DNA of 63,990 nt, counting the filler, from Octopus bimaculoides (taxonomy: Eukaryota): NCBI RefSeq assembly GCF_001194135.2. It is 7 parts of 7 records of this genome, joined end to end, with 100 filler letters (N's around TTAATTAATTAA, not from the genome) between each part and the next. Parts side by side here need not be neighbours in the genome. Positions count along the whole stretch, not along the records: positions 1 to 21,476 come from NC_068989.1; 6 more parts are not named here. One strand, 5' to 3'. Every line of letters begins with the position of its first letter. Positions within the stretch are counted from its first letter, which is position 1. A program made the translations under genes and the position numbers. The notes under the pieces were generated by a model that was given only the letters and a program-made list of their open reading frames with translations, had not been told where the DNA came from and ran no database searches. Shown one piece after another: positions 1 to 14,042 of this stretch.

Positions 1-1083
1 CTTCTTCGTATTTGTTAGGTAGTATGATTTCTTGTTTGTATTTGTCAGCTTCCTTAAATACTGAAAACAGATTTTGTTTTGCTCGTGTTTTGTGGCTATT
101 TGTATTAGTTTTCCTTGCTTCTGGAGTAGGTATTTTTGCAGTCCTATGGTGGTTATTTTATAATAGTTTTCCAGCTGTATAAGACCCCTGCCACATTTCT
201 GTGCGTTGTATATATAGCCTTTCTATGTCAGATTTTGGGTGGTTCGTCCTATATCCTGTCATTATTTTTCTTGTTTTCCTGTCTATTTTAGATAGTTCGT
301 TTAGTGTCCAGTTAAGGATATTGTAGCTGTAACTTATAACTGGGACAGCTAAAGTGTTAATACCTATTATCTTGTTTTTAGCATTGAGCTCTGTTTTTAT
401 TATTGATCGAATTCATCTATAGTACTTTTTTCTTTATTTTTTATTTCATTTGTGTGTGTTGTATCCTATCTAGTTCATTGACTCCTAAATATTTGTATGG
501 CTCGCTTTCGTCTAGTTCTCTTATTTCATTAGCTTTATCTAGTGTGATGTTTCTACTTTTAACTAATTTTCGTCTTTTCAGAGTTGCTTTGACACATTTT
601 TCTAATGCGAATTTCATATCTATTTCCTTAGTAAAGTCATGTACCGTCTGTAGTAGTGTTTCCAGCTCTTTGTCATTTCTAGCGTATAAATTTAGGCCAT
701 CCATATATAAAAGGTGGCTGACTGTTTTGCTGTAACATTTGTATCCGCATCCAGTTCTATATAGCAATTCAGTTCAAGGTGTGAGTGCCAGGCAGAACAG
801 GAGTGGAGAGAGCGTGTCTCCTTGGAATATTCCTCTTCTAATGGGGATGGCTTTCGTTTCCACAAGTTCCTCTTTTGTTTGGAACTGTAGCACTGTCTGC
901 CATTTATTCATGGAGTGCCTTATGTATTTTATAATCATTGGTGCCACCATTTTTATGGCTAGTGTTTCGAAAACCGACGTGTGGGGAACACTGTCGAAAG
1001 CCTTTTGGTAGTCCACCCAGGCCATACTGAGGCCTTTCTTCTTTCTGAGGTTGTCTTCAGTTATGGCTTTATTGATCAATAAT
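1..1083 (-). mobile_element. R4/Dong-like (RLE-type) non-LTR retrotransposon, RT region, frameshifted, 5'-truncated, runs off the window
   Basis: ORFs 774-1079 and 441-767 give RT motifs WVDYQKAFDSVPH, RRGIFQGDTLSPLLF, SHLLYMD, MKFALEKC and YKYLG. Downstream frames give KNKIIGINTLAVPVISYS and HPKSDIERLY. Confidence 0.9.
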
Positions 1084-1736
1084 TGATCTTTACAGCCGAC
1101 GATTTGAACAATTTCAGTGGCGTGGATAGTTCGGGAAGTAAGGGAACGCCCTTTGAGATAGGGAACTTAGACTTATCGTGTGATAAGAGCTTCATTGACT
1201 CTGTAAAGTCTTGTTATAAAGTTTCAATGAGGACACGTGGTTTGTGGAGTGGAGTAGCATTCAGTCCACCCATTCATTATTTCATTCCATCATTCTCATT
1301 CCCAATTTATTATTCTTCCCACTTATGTTTTTGTCCGCCATTGGAGTATTATATAAGTATGTTCGTTTCTAGGTATGCCTGTGTGGATATGCATGACATG
1401 GCTGTATCACAACGAAAACATCCTTGAGGATAAATTTTCCTGTTGAAAGGGCCATTGCCTCATTGCTTCCTTCGTGCTTTGAATGTATTATTGAAATTTG
1501 GCGATGTCTTTTGAAACGGCCGTAGAAATGAACTCGGAAGTACTTTTTTTGCTGGTGTTGTCTTATATTTGAATATCATTTGTTTGTATCTTTTCCAAAC
1601 ATTTAGTCGCCGCTTACATGCATTGATTTATTTCATGTTTCTTTTTCATCATACAATTCCATCCGTACTGCTCTTCCAGTACGGATGGAATTGTGTGTGT
1701 GTGTGTGTGTGTGTGTGCATGTGTGTGCGTGTGTGC

Positions 1737-1767
<31 letters not shown>

Positions 1768-2125
1768 CGTATTTATTTATTTATTTATGCTTTTGATTTT
1801 TATTGTTGAATGCCCCAAACCTTTGAATATGCATTTATGTTCAATAATGTGATAANNNNNNNNNNNNNNNNNNNNNNNNNNNNNNNNNNNNNNNNNNNNN
1901 NNNNNNNNNNNNNNNNNNNNNNNNNNNNNNNNNNNNNNNNNNNNNNNNNNNNNNNNNNNNNNNNNNNNNNNNNNNNNNNNNNNNNNNNNNNNNNNNNNNN
2001 NNNNNNNNNNNNNNNNNNNNNNNNNNNNNNNNNNNNNNNNNNNNNNNNNNNNNNNNNNNNNNNNNNNNNNNNNNNNNNNNNNNNNNNNNNNNNNNNNNNN
2101 NATATATATATATATATATATATAG

Positions 2126-2160
<35 letters not shown>

Positions 2161-2177
2161 TATAAACACACACACAT

Positions 2178-2226
<49 letters not shown>

Positions 2227-2914
2227 CAGACACACAGACAGACAGAGACTGACAGACAGAATCAGGGAGAAAGAGAGAGAGAGAAATATGCACATGCATG
2301 CTTATTTATGTATATATGAATAAATATGTATGCGTTTGCTTGCATATAGTTACGCATGTATGCTTACAAATATAAATATATACTGCTGTGTGAAAAATAT
2401 TTACACTTAAGACTACAGAAATATGAATTCTAGATAGTAACTGAGAGCGAACTAAAAGGTAACTTAAATAATGTTAGGTTTTCTAATATAAGTTTTATTC
2501 TGAAAAACTATTCCTTAATCACGCCACCGGAAAACACATTATATGCGAATGTCTGGTTATTAGTTTTAAATGAATAGACTGAAAATATTTAGGTATTAGC
2601 TCCTTCCTAGAGGGTGGAATAGGTAATGTGCTATTCATATGTAGTCAACAATCATTGAATTCTGTGAAGGCAATTCCCTTTGGCCTTTGTGTATTTATAC
2701 GAAGAGAGAATAAGGTGTACTCCAATTTCGATAAAAATTCGTTAAAAAATCTGCTTAATACATGTTTTTATCTCTGGTTTTCAACGCACGATGCGTGTTG
2801 TATAGATGTTTCATAAAAATACATATGCGTGAGAAAATACAGATATGTATATATGTACGTATATGTGTGTGGGTGGGTGAGAGAGAGAATCTGTGTGTGG
2901 GAGTGTGTGTGTGT

Positions 2915-2955
<41 letters not shown>

Positions 2956-3314
2956 ATAAGTATGTATGTTTCTATGTATGTCAGTGTGGATATGCATGTC
3001 ATGGCTGTATTACAACGAAAGAGACTTCTTCTACTTCAAGTAACATAATAAAGGATTTATTATTTTCTCTCAGACTTCAGTTTTGAAAGAATCAGTTTGC
3101 TTCCAGTAACAAATTTGCTTGATTAAAATAAGTTTGAGGTGTAATCTTTGATTTGAGACAAATTTCATTTTAAAGATCTGCACAAAATCACCCACTCATA
3201 ATTCTTTTTCGGAACTGTGAATCTCGAAAAGTGTAAAGCTATAAATAATTTGTATGCGTGCAAGTGTGTGTGTACGTGTTCGTGTATGGATGTGTGTGTA
3301 CATAGATGTGTATG

Positions 3315-3345
<31 letters not shown>

Positions 3346-3399
3346 GTATGTACGTATGTATGTATGATTGTGTGCGTATACCGCGTGTATGGAGTCGAA

Positions 3400-5110
3400 T
3401 GTAGGAGATTAAATGGGGTGCATAAGACAGTGGGGCGGTCCACAGTTTGCTTAGGCATTGGTGGTTAAGCACTCTGTTCTTGGTTGTGGGGCAGTCAGTG
3501 TTAAGGAGCAGCCAATGGTAGCGTAGTTTATCTGGATTGTCGACAGCCAGTGGTTTGAAGAGGCATACCTCTGATGACATCAATAATTCCATATTCCCTG
3601 TTGATACAACTACAGGTTTATGGAGAACGTGCAGTCTTTCACAGAGGCAGAGTTGGTAATTGCGGTGCCGGTTGAGTAGGGTAGAGTACTGTCCATGGTG
3701 GTGCATTCAATGATGGGAGTTTCATTCCGGAGATCACGCAGACTCCAGAGATGGACTTATTTCTATCCCTGCATCTAAATGATTGCATATATGGTGTATA
3801 CCTTTCCTTGAAAAGTCATTGGTCGTCGTGTCCCAGTGATGCCATCGAAGGGTGTGAGGATGGAGCTATAGACTACAGCTCTTGAGAAGCAAAATCCTTC
3901 TAGCTATAAGGTCTAGGAAGTTCCAAGTTTGGTTTGAAAATTGTGCAGATGCATGTTTGGGAGTTGTAGCGAGTAATGTTAGAAGCAAGAATATATAAGA
4001 AGTAGATGAGCTTGACGTTATGCATATTGAAGAGTTTAAATTTCTTGTGTCCTCGGGGAAATGATTCTCAGTCAACAACAGAAAGCAGGGCACGTTGGTG
4101 GAAACTTATAGTTGAAACGGACGGCTGAACTAACACAATTCAGTCTTTGTACGTCATGTAAGTTAGCACTTGCCCGTTTTCAGGTTTCAGATCACGTAAT
4201 GAAGTCGACCGTGGACAAGTTGGTGGTAGCTTTTACGGACAAGTCGAAGTCGAATTATTAGAATATTTTTATCTAGTCCTTTCATAATGTGGAAAAATTT
4301 TTATTAGATCCTTTCTATAGTGTAGCCGTTCACATGGTTGACAGTGCCAGGCTGCCGTACTTTTAAAACGCTGACTTTTGTTGGTGCTTTCGTTTCACGA
4401 GGGTTTCCAAAATGAATAACCCGACGAGATCGAAGATCTCAGCCCTTAATAGACTCCCATAGAAACGTCGAATAATGGATCACTTTCTGACTTTACCCAG
4501 AGGGAATCATTATGAACCATGATTAATTTTCTGTTGTTCATGATGATTCTCACATCGAAATCGCTTATATTGGTGATTTGCTTAGCAAAATGAAGGGCCT
4601 TGAGGAGAAGAGCTTTCGCTATAGAAGGGTAAAAGTCTACGGTGTGAAACAGAGTGATTCTGCAGGCTGATTTATTCTTGTTACTGCGGTACCAGTCGAT
4701 CGCATGATCGACTGTGCTGGAGTCGCATTGAATCAGCTCTGTAGCATTTTTCATATCAGAGATGATGGTATCGAGGGTGTGATTAGTGGCAATGCCTATC
4801 TCACTTTTACATGGTTTGCTCAGTCTGCGTTCGGGTTCGGGTAAAAAGTAGGTTTGTTAGTCTTAAGAGTAATGGGGGCCGGATCGGGTGAAGTGTCGGT
4901 CCTCACCACTTCCTCACTAAGGAGAATGACTATCTCGTTCGCTTCTGTATTTCTGTCATTGTATGTGTAAGTGCTAGTCTTGTTGTATGTCTTGATGATC
5001 GTCTTTGTAAGACGTCTTGCGTGTGTGGGTTGCTTGTTTCATAAATGGTATTTGTTTCGTTTGCGGCGATATGCATTTTAGGCGATCGCTTTATTTTTGA
5101 CATGTAGTCA
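3400..5110 (-). mobile_element. Penelope-like element remnant (RT plus GIY-YIG C-terminus), heavily decayed
   Basis: ORF 4446-4754 has FHTVDFYPSI...LFDVSMGVY (PLE RT FDIxxFYPSI / FDVTMGSYDG). FSRPFQ...VSTNV near 4100 resembles the WFNPPFS motif. HLWSL...PYSTG...QLCLCERLHVL at 3600-3760 matches the endonuclease C-terminus. Confidence 0.8.
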
Positions 5111-5790
5111 GTAAATGACTACATATTTGAGGAAAAGATTAACAACACGCCAAAACGGTCACTTCATTATGATTTTCTATAAAGGAACTCCTTTATTCGG
5201 GAAGAAAACCATCAGAGTTATTTATGTATGTAATGGTAGACGGATAGTAGATTCCAGACCTTACTCTTGACGATGCTTCTAGTTTTCTCCCGTGAGACGC
5301 GTTACATAGCTTCCTGGTTGGTATTTGGATGTTCGCCAATGAGTACGCAACGACTTTCTCTCCATTGAAAAATGTCAGTCAGACGTTCAACAGGGTGTGG
5401 AATATTTGTACGAGTGAGTAGACAAGCGAAAGAGTAAGGCACTCAACACATTTAATAAAAGAGTTTTATATATATTATTGTTATTGAAAAACTTAATTCG
5501 GCTCCATGAGCGTAACCTTTCGCAGGCTACAAATAGAAATCGAGCTCGTTCAGGCTCAAATTACTGAATGAAGGAACACAGGGAATCCAAGATGACAACT
5601 AGAAATGGATTACTATCGATCATAAATTCAATCGATTAGAAGTGAGATCGGCATTTCAGCGATACTAGATGCATTAGAAAGGAAAACTTCTTGGATCGCA
5701 TGATCGAAGATACATATTAGTTTTTGATGGAATATTGTTTTCTCCTTTTTATAAAATCTGCGAAACTCCACCCGGCCCCTCTATATATAT

Positions 5791-6010
5791 TCTTTTATTC
5801 TTTTACTTGTTTCATTCATTTGAATGCGGCCGTACGTGAGCACCGCCTTGGTGGGATTAAGTTGAACAAAGTTACCCCATGAATTATTAATTTTTGAGCC
5901 TAGTACTTATTCTAGCGGTTCCTTTACCGAATCGCTAAGTTACAGGGACGTAAATACGCCGACATTGGTTGTCAAGCGGTGACGGAGGACAAACACAGGC
6001 ACAAACATGG

Positions 6011-6103
<93 letters not shown>

Positions 6104-6250
6104 GTTTCCGTCTATTAAATCCAACCAAGGATTTGGGCGGCCCAAGACTATAGTAAAAGACATTTGCTCAAGGTGCCACTCAATGGGAGGGAACCAGGAA
6201 CAGTGTGTTTGGGAAGCAAGTTTCTTACCACACACCCACGCCTGCGTCTA
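5791..6250 (-). mobile_element. tRNA-derived SINE family B, with internal (CA)n/(TA)n microsatellite
   Basis: Degenerate copy of the in-window family whose minus-strand head reads aggcgcaggagtggctgtgtggtaag...ccttgggcaagtgtcttctactatag. The tail is ...gactgaaacaagtaaaagaataaaagaa. Confidence 0.85.
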
Positions 6251-6388
6251 CAGATACACACACAGACACACACACATATTAAGATTAAAATTAATGAAAC
6301 TCTCTACGAAAACTTATGTCAACACGACATAAAATTCTACAAAAGAATTATTGGATTTACCTGTCTTGCATGACGATTTACATATGTA

Positions 6389-7150
6389 TTGGACCATCCC
6401 ACAAATAGTGCGGATTCTTTATAGTTCATTTATTTTTCAAAATTAAGATAAACAAATTTAAGATAATCTAAGATCTCCCTTATTTTCTACAATGCACTTC
6501 CATCTATCTGGTAGACTTGCAAGGACCCTCTTTCAAAATTCACTTGTTCGTGACTAAAAATACTCCTCCAGTACTGTTCTGACCTGATAATCAGACGGGG
6601 CAATGTCCGGCGAATATGGTGGGTGGAGCATCGCTTCCCATTCAAACTGTTCCAGGCTTTCGAATTTCATCCTCGCTGTATGTGGCCGCGAATTATCCTG
6701 ATGGAAGAGCACCTTTCGTCTTGAAGCAAAAGATGGTCGTTTTTCTTCTAGCGCTGAGTTAAGTTGTTCAAGCAGCTCACAGTAGATCGCATTTGTTATC
6801 ATTTGGTTTGGGCTTAAAAATTCGAAGTGGACTAAACTTTCATATACCACCAAACAGATGCCAACACCTTACTTGGATGGCGACCTTCTTTAGCTTGGGG
6901 TGCCGATGTTTCTCCTTTCTTTCGGCACTTCACATTTTTATAGAGAGCCCATTTCTCGTCTCCAGTCATTATTCGGTCCAAAAAGAGGTCCATTCGTGAG
7001 ACGTGATAGCAAAGAAGAGCACACATTCACTCACTGCGCGCGTTTAGACTCGAAAAATTTGCGAAGAACCCATTGCCTGAATTTGCTGACTTTTCCGATA
7101 GCATGCAGTTGTCGATGAATGGTTGAATGACGGAAATTTAAACGTCTCTG
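6389..7150 (-). mobile_element. mariner (D,D34D) transposase remnant, 5'-truncated
   Basis: IMTGDEKWALY, LFHQDNSRPH and HPPYSPDIAPSDY, with 34 residues between the 2nd and 3rd Asp. TA followed by a TIR-like ttggaccatccc at about 6387. Frameshifted. Confidence 0.92.
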
Positions 7151-9382
7151 CTATGATGAGATTTTGTTCCACCAGTGTTTGTAGGACATCTTTCTTGAGC
7201 TCTACAGATCTTCCAGGACGCGAACCATTTTCTAGTCTGTAGATTCCCTCTTGGAATTTATGGAACTACTGTTAACACTGACTTACGCTTATTATCTGAC
7301 CCCCATATACTGCATCAATATTCCTCACACTTTCCGTTGCGTTGATGCCTTTATTGAACTCATAATGTAAAACATGTTGATTAAGTTCCCTTGTCACTTC
7401 CATTATAGCTTTTAAAAAGTAACTGTTGAAATAGAATCGCACTCTTAAAAACTTGCGCTAAGAATAAATTCAAGGTAAAATTGCTACCTGCTTTTATAGC
7501 AAGCTGATGCAGGTTTTTTTTACACTATATCCGTGTAGTAACAATAAACATTAACGAAGCAGGGTAACAAAAACGTAACAATCCAATAGATTCTCCATGA
7601 ACTATAGACAAACCAACAAACGATATGCCGACAAACTACCAAAACGACACCTTACGACTTCCTGCAATTAACGCCTAACCTCCCTCCATCTCTCACTCAA
7701 ACTGCTACTATTTATAGTCGTCCTCTCAAGTCTATTCTCGCAGGAGGTGTCGTGAATCTCGACACAACACAAAATTGCTTCAATTGACCCTGCATTAGAA
7801 ATCATTAATGTTTTCTGTTGTTGATAGTTTTGTCATATAGTTCAGTGCCTTGTTTTCCTCTCACATTTCTCACAAGATGATTATTAGCAGAAAATAGATT
7901 AATCGTTTTGATTGAATGCAGTAAAATTTCTACTCCAGCAGAAGATGGTCAGATAAAACTTTCAATTTTTTATATTATATTGAGTATGTAAATGTATTTA
8001 CATGCTTATATCTCAGTGACTTGCATAAGCTTTGTAAATATGATCACAAAAATCATATAGTATATCATAGAATGTCTTTTAACCAGTTTGATTTTTTCTC
8101 AAATGTTAGATCAACTAATTAATGTTATTAATGTTCATACAATTAAAATTGAAAACTTATCTATTAAATGATTATGATTTTCCAAGGAAACCAGAACTGA
8201 GAGAATTTGATATTCACCAAATGCTACATCACTTTGGTCGATTCATTTCAGAGTAATTAATATAACAAGTTAACCAGGATACCTTAAGACAATTGGCGAT
8301 CTGCTTAAGACAATTGTCGATCCAAATTTCGTTAATAACAGATTGTACATATAAAAACAAAAAAAAAATAGATTGAATGATGTTTCAGGCATATTATATC
8401 TGAAACTTATGCATACTGGATACAGTAGGATTTTATATCAAGATAAATCAACCCCGTCGATTTTGCATAGGGATTACACAATTGCAATAATCATTACAAT
8501 ACATAAATTATTCTTAGATGTCTCTTTGCCTCACCCACTTCATATGTAACAAAATATTTTGTGTATTGAAGCAACGAATCTGATTGAAGTTATTGCGTAA
8601 CAAGTTTGAAAACGAAGGTTATTATTTTACATGAAATGAGTAAAGGTATACATAAATATATATTTCTTATTTAAAATTTTAAAAGCCTAATAGTTATATG
8701 TTTTAGTTTAAAACATTTTCTTCGATTGCATAATAAAACATGAGATTTTATTTGTTTCTTAATTTCAATTATTATACAATGAATTCCTTTCCCTCTTTAA
8801 TTGTGTTTTATCAACATAATCATTGACAATTCGAAGTGATTCTATGATTTCATGAAATTAGTTAGCTTTTCAACGTTTTAGTGTATAACCAAAAGGAGAG
8901 GGCAAAGAAAGTGTGAGGGAGAAAGGGAGAAAAAGTCGGTGTATGTTTATACACGAGTGTGTTAGTCTGTGTGTGACTGAGTCGTTTTAATACATAAATA
9001 TTAAACTAGTCACCCGTTTCACTAAATCTATGTATTGATTATATATAGGTGTACAAGTATTGACAAGCTTCAGCGAGCAAAAACTTAATTGCAAAGTCTT
9101 TACAGCTTACTTTTGAAAAGCAAATATGTCCAAACGCTGTTGACTATGTCAGTCAGAGTTTAAATGAAACGGAAAATTACATCAATTTGAAGATAAAAAT
9201 TTTCATAGCATCATCGAAAATAAACTTTCGATGTATTTTTAATGTTAAATTCACTTTCATTTATATTTTTATTTACATTCAGATTCCTTTTGTTCCCATT
9301 AAACATTGATAATTAGCAACTGCGATATAAATTGGCATCATACACACATATATGTGTGTGTGTGCGTGTGTTTACATATAAA

Positions 9383-9449
<67 letters not shown>

Positions 9450-11059
9450 GTATATATCGAGAGAGAGGGAGATATGTATTTGTGCGCTTGCATGTGTGTG
9501 TATATGTCTGAGAGAGAGAAAGAGTGTGTTCATGCGTGCCTGACACAGTTATTTATGGATTTTTTTGTATATTTTTAAAATTCATTTTCTGTATTGGGTG
9601 CTATGACGAAGCAAATTTAAATTAAGTGTAAAAGAAAGAAAAATAGAAATGATTAGAAATGTTATTTGAATGATATCGAAAAAAAATATTTTTTGATAAT
9701 ATCTTCATAAATCAACAGAAAGTTGCCAAACAGATTGAAAATATATAATTATTCGTTGTATAAAGATCAAGAGAAAATATATAAGTTGTTTTGTTATACT
9801 TTTTAATTGCTAGTGTAAATATATTATTTATGCTGTCAAACAAAATAATAATGCCAGCAATAACAATATTATTACCACCAACAATATTAGTAGAATCGTC
9901 ATCGGAGCATTGCCAAAATTACGTTGTTAGTTCGAATCCTTGGAGTGATTGACAATGTTCCTTTACACTTTCGGATTCGCATATCAATCAAAGTTTAGTG
10001 ATCGTTAAATATATTGATTCCATCCCCGAACTTCATGGCTTTGAGTCAATCTTAAAAATGTTCATCCTTATTGAGGTTAAGTCACGATTTCGTAAAACAT
10101 GCTGGAATTGTTATATTTACCCACTTATATCTCTTTAATGTGATCGGTATCAATACCGAGCTGAATGTGAAATGCTGCACTGATGAATGATTTCGTAGAC
10201 ATTATTTGATGCTTTATCATACACTAACTAAAGAGTTGAGGACACTTCTAAAATATTTCGTTTGGTAACAATAGATCACATCAGGTCAACCAATTTCTTA
10301 CGTACGGTTTTTTTAACATGCTTTCAAAGTTATATTCTTGTTCTCATTACTGTTCGCCAGTCAATCGGTAGAATCGTTATCGCGTCGGACAAATTGCTTA
10401 GTGGGCAAACTGCTTAGTGGCCGGAATAATTAGAGCATCAGAAAAATACTATGTGGTATTTCTTCAAGCTCTTTATTATCTAAGTTGAAATTTCACGGAG
10501 CAATTCATAAGATACCAGTCAATCTCTACATGCAGTGATATCGATTACACCTTGCTTACAAAATTGCTGCAGTTGAACCTGCATTAGAAAACTTGATATT
10601 TTTTGACGTTGAAACTTGTGCTTTGTAGTTCAATACCTTATTTACATCTTGAATCTACTGTTTCACAAGGTTACACAGGATAGATATTGCTAGTTTGAGG
10701 ATAGTACCATTCGTAATGTGTTTTTGTTAAAATTTTATAGGTTAATTATTCCACTTCACTTCCGATTAACCCCCATTCTCCATTCCTTATGGTATAATAT
10801 GCGTGGTTACGTCACATATTATGAATATCTCAATGCTGGACTATTTGAGAGGGCTTTATTTTGCATTGGTGTGTCCAATAACATGACAACATTAACTTTG
10901 TTGGAAACTATCAAATCATAAAGAATGAAATGTCCGATTTTGAACTGAAAATTAATTTTACTTTATCTCAAAAAAAGCAATGTAGTTAATCAAAGTATTC
11001 ACCTAAATTATCAACACAATTGTGCCATATATCGGTTGCTTATATATACTAGCAGCAAA

Positions 11060-12161
11060 GAAATCTGGAGAGTAAGAGGTGATGAAATCACGAACGGCTG
11101 TTTTTACACCTTCAGATTAGAATTTTTTCCTTGCAAAAAGTTGTCTAATGCCTGGAAAACGTGCTAGTCAGTTGGTGCAAGGTCTGGTGAATATGGTGGA
11201 TAACAGAGTATGTCCACGTTCAGTTCCTGTAACTTGAGTAGCGTTCTTTGTGCAACATGTGGTCGTTCTTTGTGCAACATGTGCAAAAGAATTGGCCTGT
11301 CTCTCTTGACCAATATCGGTTGTTTAATTGTAATTCACTCACGATTTCCTCCAGTTGGTTGATGTATACATCCGCTGTAATTGCCTTCCCACGTCTCATA
11401 AAGCTGTAGTGGATGACACGAGTGCTAGACCACTAAATAGACACCATTAGCATTTTTTGGTGAATATTCTTGTTTGAATTGTGCTTTGGCACTTCCTCTG
11501 TATCAAACCACCGTGCAGAACGCTTGCAATTGTTGAAAAGAATCCATTTTTTACCACACGTAACAATAAGATGCAAAAATGGTCCGCATTTATACTATAA
11601 CAGCAAAGAACAGCAAGTTTCAAGACGACGTGTTATTTGATGCTCGTTCACTTCTCCAGCTTCTTTAGTTTGCCGATTTGTTTCAGATGGTCCAATACAG
11701 TTGGAATCGAAACATCAAGCCTTGCTGCCTACTCAAGCGTAGTTTGAGATGTATCCGCTTCCACTACAGTTTGCAGCTCATTATTATCCACCTTGGCCTC
11801 ATGTCTAGCACGGGGTTGACTTTTAAGAGTAAAGTCGCCAGACCGGAACTTCTCAAACCATCGATGTACAGTACGCCCATTCGCCACATTTTCACCAAAA
11901 ACCTCACTGATGTTTCGAGTTGTCTGGGATGCATTGGTTCCACGACAGAATTCATATTTGTAAGCAACACATTGGTTCACAAAAACTGATTTATAAGAGA
12001 AAACTCACAATATAATCAGACACCATGAATTGCATTTCGAAAAGTGATGACGTAATTCTTCAGTGTACTAAAACAAAGAATTGTCGGGATAAAACATTAG
12101 ACTAAACGCATGTCAAATTTTGTGCATAGGAAAATCAGTCATTTCATTCTTAATGACCTGA
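11060..12161 (-). mobile_element. mariner (Hsmar1/cecropia-like) decayed transposon
   Basis: N-terminal HTH YEFCRGTNASQTTRNISEVFG...WFEKFRSGDFTL, then RIVTCGKKWILFN and YPPYSPDLAPTD. 5' TIR-like tatcaggtcattaagaatg at about 12145-12163. No 3' TIR found. Confidence 0.9.
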
Positions 12162-13498
12162 TATTTTAGTTTTTGATCATGCCTACTTTCAGATTTTCTA
12201 TTGTAGGTATACTACTATCATTTTATAGTAAATCTATTTGTTTACTGCAAAACTGGACAGCTGGAGATGATGTGGTCAATGTCTTCTTCAAAATGTCCAC
12301 AAATCCTACTCATTATCGTCCATTTTTGATAGTATGATTGTGGTATGATTTGGTGCTATGACATTGATCATCGATTAGCCACAGCAATGCCTCTGTCCCT
12401 GCTTTGACGCTGTTTCTTGTACAATAACAAACACGCTTAGAAATAGCCAACATTAAAAAAAAACCTAGGAATAGTATGGCAAAATAGTAGAATGGGATTT
12501 TTGACCAGGAAAAGTTGTGCTCTCTGTCTATTAATTAAACGTGTGGTTTAAACTTACCAGTTTACTACCACGAAGTGGAACCCGGAGGAGGGAACAAGGA
12601 TAGCAAAGTAACAATTCGAAGACACACAAACAAATGAAGCGCAGGAAGAAATAAGCAAGTGGAACGCATGAATACACGAAGATGTTCCCTTCTACTCCGT
12701 GAAGTTCAAGAAATTCACGGCTCTTAGTTATGAGCTGATGGACCTATTATTGAGACGACGGAATGAATGATGTATATGATAATTGGAAAGAAGACTGAGT
12801 GAAGTTTTGTGAAACATTTAAGTGCTACTCACAGACACCTTGTAAAGGTTCGTTGTGGGGACCCAAGTACTAGACGTTAACCGGGTATCACAGGGATTGC
12901 ACGTTTCAGCGTTATGATTGTGCTTTGGTGGTGGCGGTGACGGAGCTATCTAGAGGGTGCAATTTACTCGTATAGTAGCTGCCATATCTGACGGTAACAC
13001 CACCATTATTTGCTACTTCGGTTATTAGAGTAGCCTAAACCCTTGGCTAGATAGGGATAGTGCGCTGAGCACTGGTCATAACGCTAGATGTAAAGGTTCG
13101 CTCCCGTAGGGAGGTTCCGAAATGTTCTAGGGTTACTGATTGAGAGTTGCGAGTTAGATCGTGTCCTGTTTCCGTAATAAGTGTCATTCGCATTTGTATC
13201 AGTTTCAATTACTAACTCTGAGTTATATCGATAATATCACATTATCGAATTAATCGCAATTAATCGCAAATTCGATTTCGGAAAAAGTATATAACTCTTT
13301 ATGCCAGTTAATAGTTAATTGGCATTTTTTCGTATACTGCTCTCTATATTGAGGATTAAATATGCAATATTTAGTATATAACTTACATATTTAATTGTCT
13401 TAGTATAGCGTATATCTTCCTTGTACTGTTTTTCATTTATACGTGCCTAGGTATTCTTACATCTCCGGTAACACGTTAGTAATATTAAAATAGTTCAA

Positions 13499-13720
13499 GT
13501 CGGCAAATGACAAAGTTGTTAAGCACGCCGGACAAAATGCTTAGCGGCATTTCTTCCATCTTTATGTTCTAAGTTAAAATTCCACCACGGCCGACTTCGC
13601 CTTTCATCATTTTGAGGTCGATAAAATAAGCACCAGTTAATCACTTGGGTCGATGTATTCGACTGAGCCCCTTCCCCAAAATTGCTGGCTTTGTGCCAAC
13701 TTTTGAAACTAATATTGATA
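13499..13720 (+). mobile_element. tRNA-derived SINE family A
   Basis: Matches the in-window copy at 25099 (gcacgccgg..aaatgcttagcgg, gcctttcatc, ggtcgatgta). Tail ttgctggctttgtgccaa. Confidence 0.85.
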
Positions 13721-14011
13721 TATTTCTTTGCATATGCCTATCATAGCAAGTAGATGAAGGAATATTTTTTTTTAATGTAAAATCGGAAATTTGTCATTAA
13801 TAAATTTATTGATTTCATCAATACAAGACACAGAGACCATGCAGGCGAGTAACTGCGTAAATGGCAAGACCTGAGATAAAGTCACTTGTTAAACGATAAA
13901 GTGATATGCATGAAGTAAAATCAAATAGTGTCGAAATCTACTTGCTGATTTTCAAAGAAGAAATGTCGTACACTACATACTCGCATAAAGTAACACACTA
14001 ATAAACACACA

Positions 14012-14042
<31 letters not shown>

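Noticed and set aside
7534-7769. TG...CA segment with TATA-like motif as a solo LTR
   Set aside because: No target-site duplication and no second copy in the window.
10741-10921. Open frame with LWYNMRGYVTYYEYLN, reminiscent of an ABCA transporter motif
   Set aside because: It lacks the conserved H/P residues and the downstream similarity. There is no convincing donor, so it is probably chance.
12542-13201. GC-richer block as a possible solo LTR
   Set aside because: No TSD, PBS or coding remnant could be supported.
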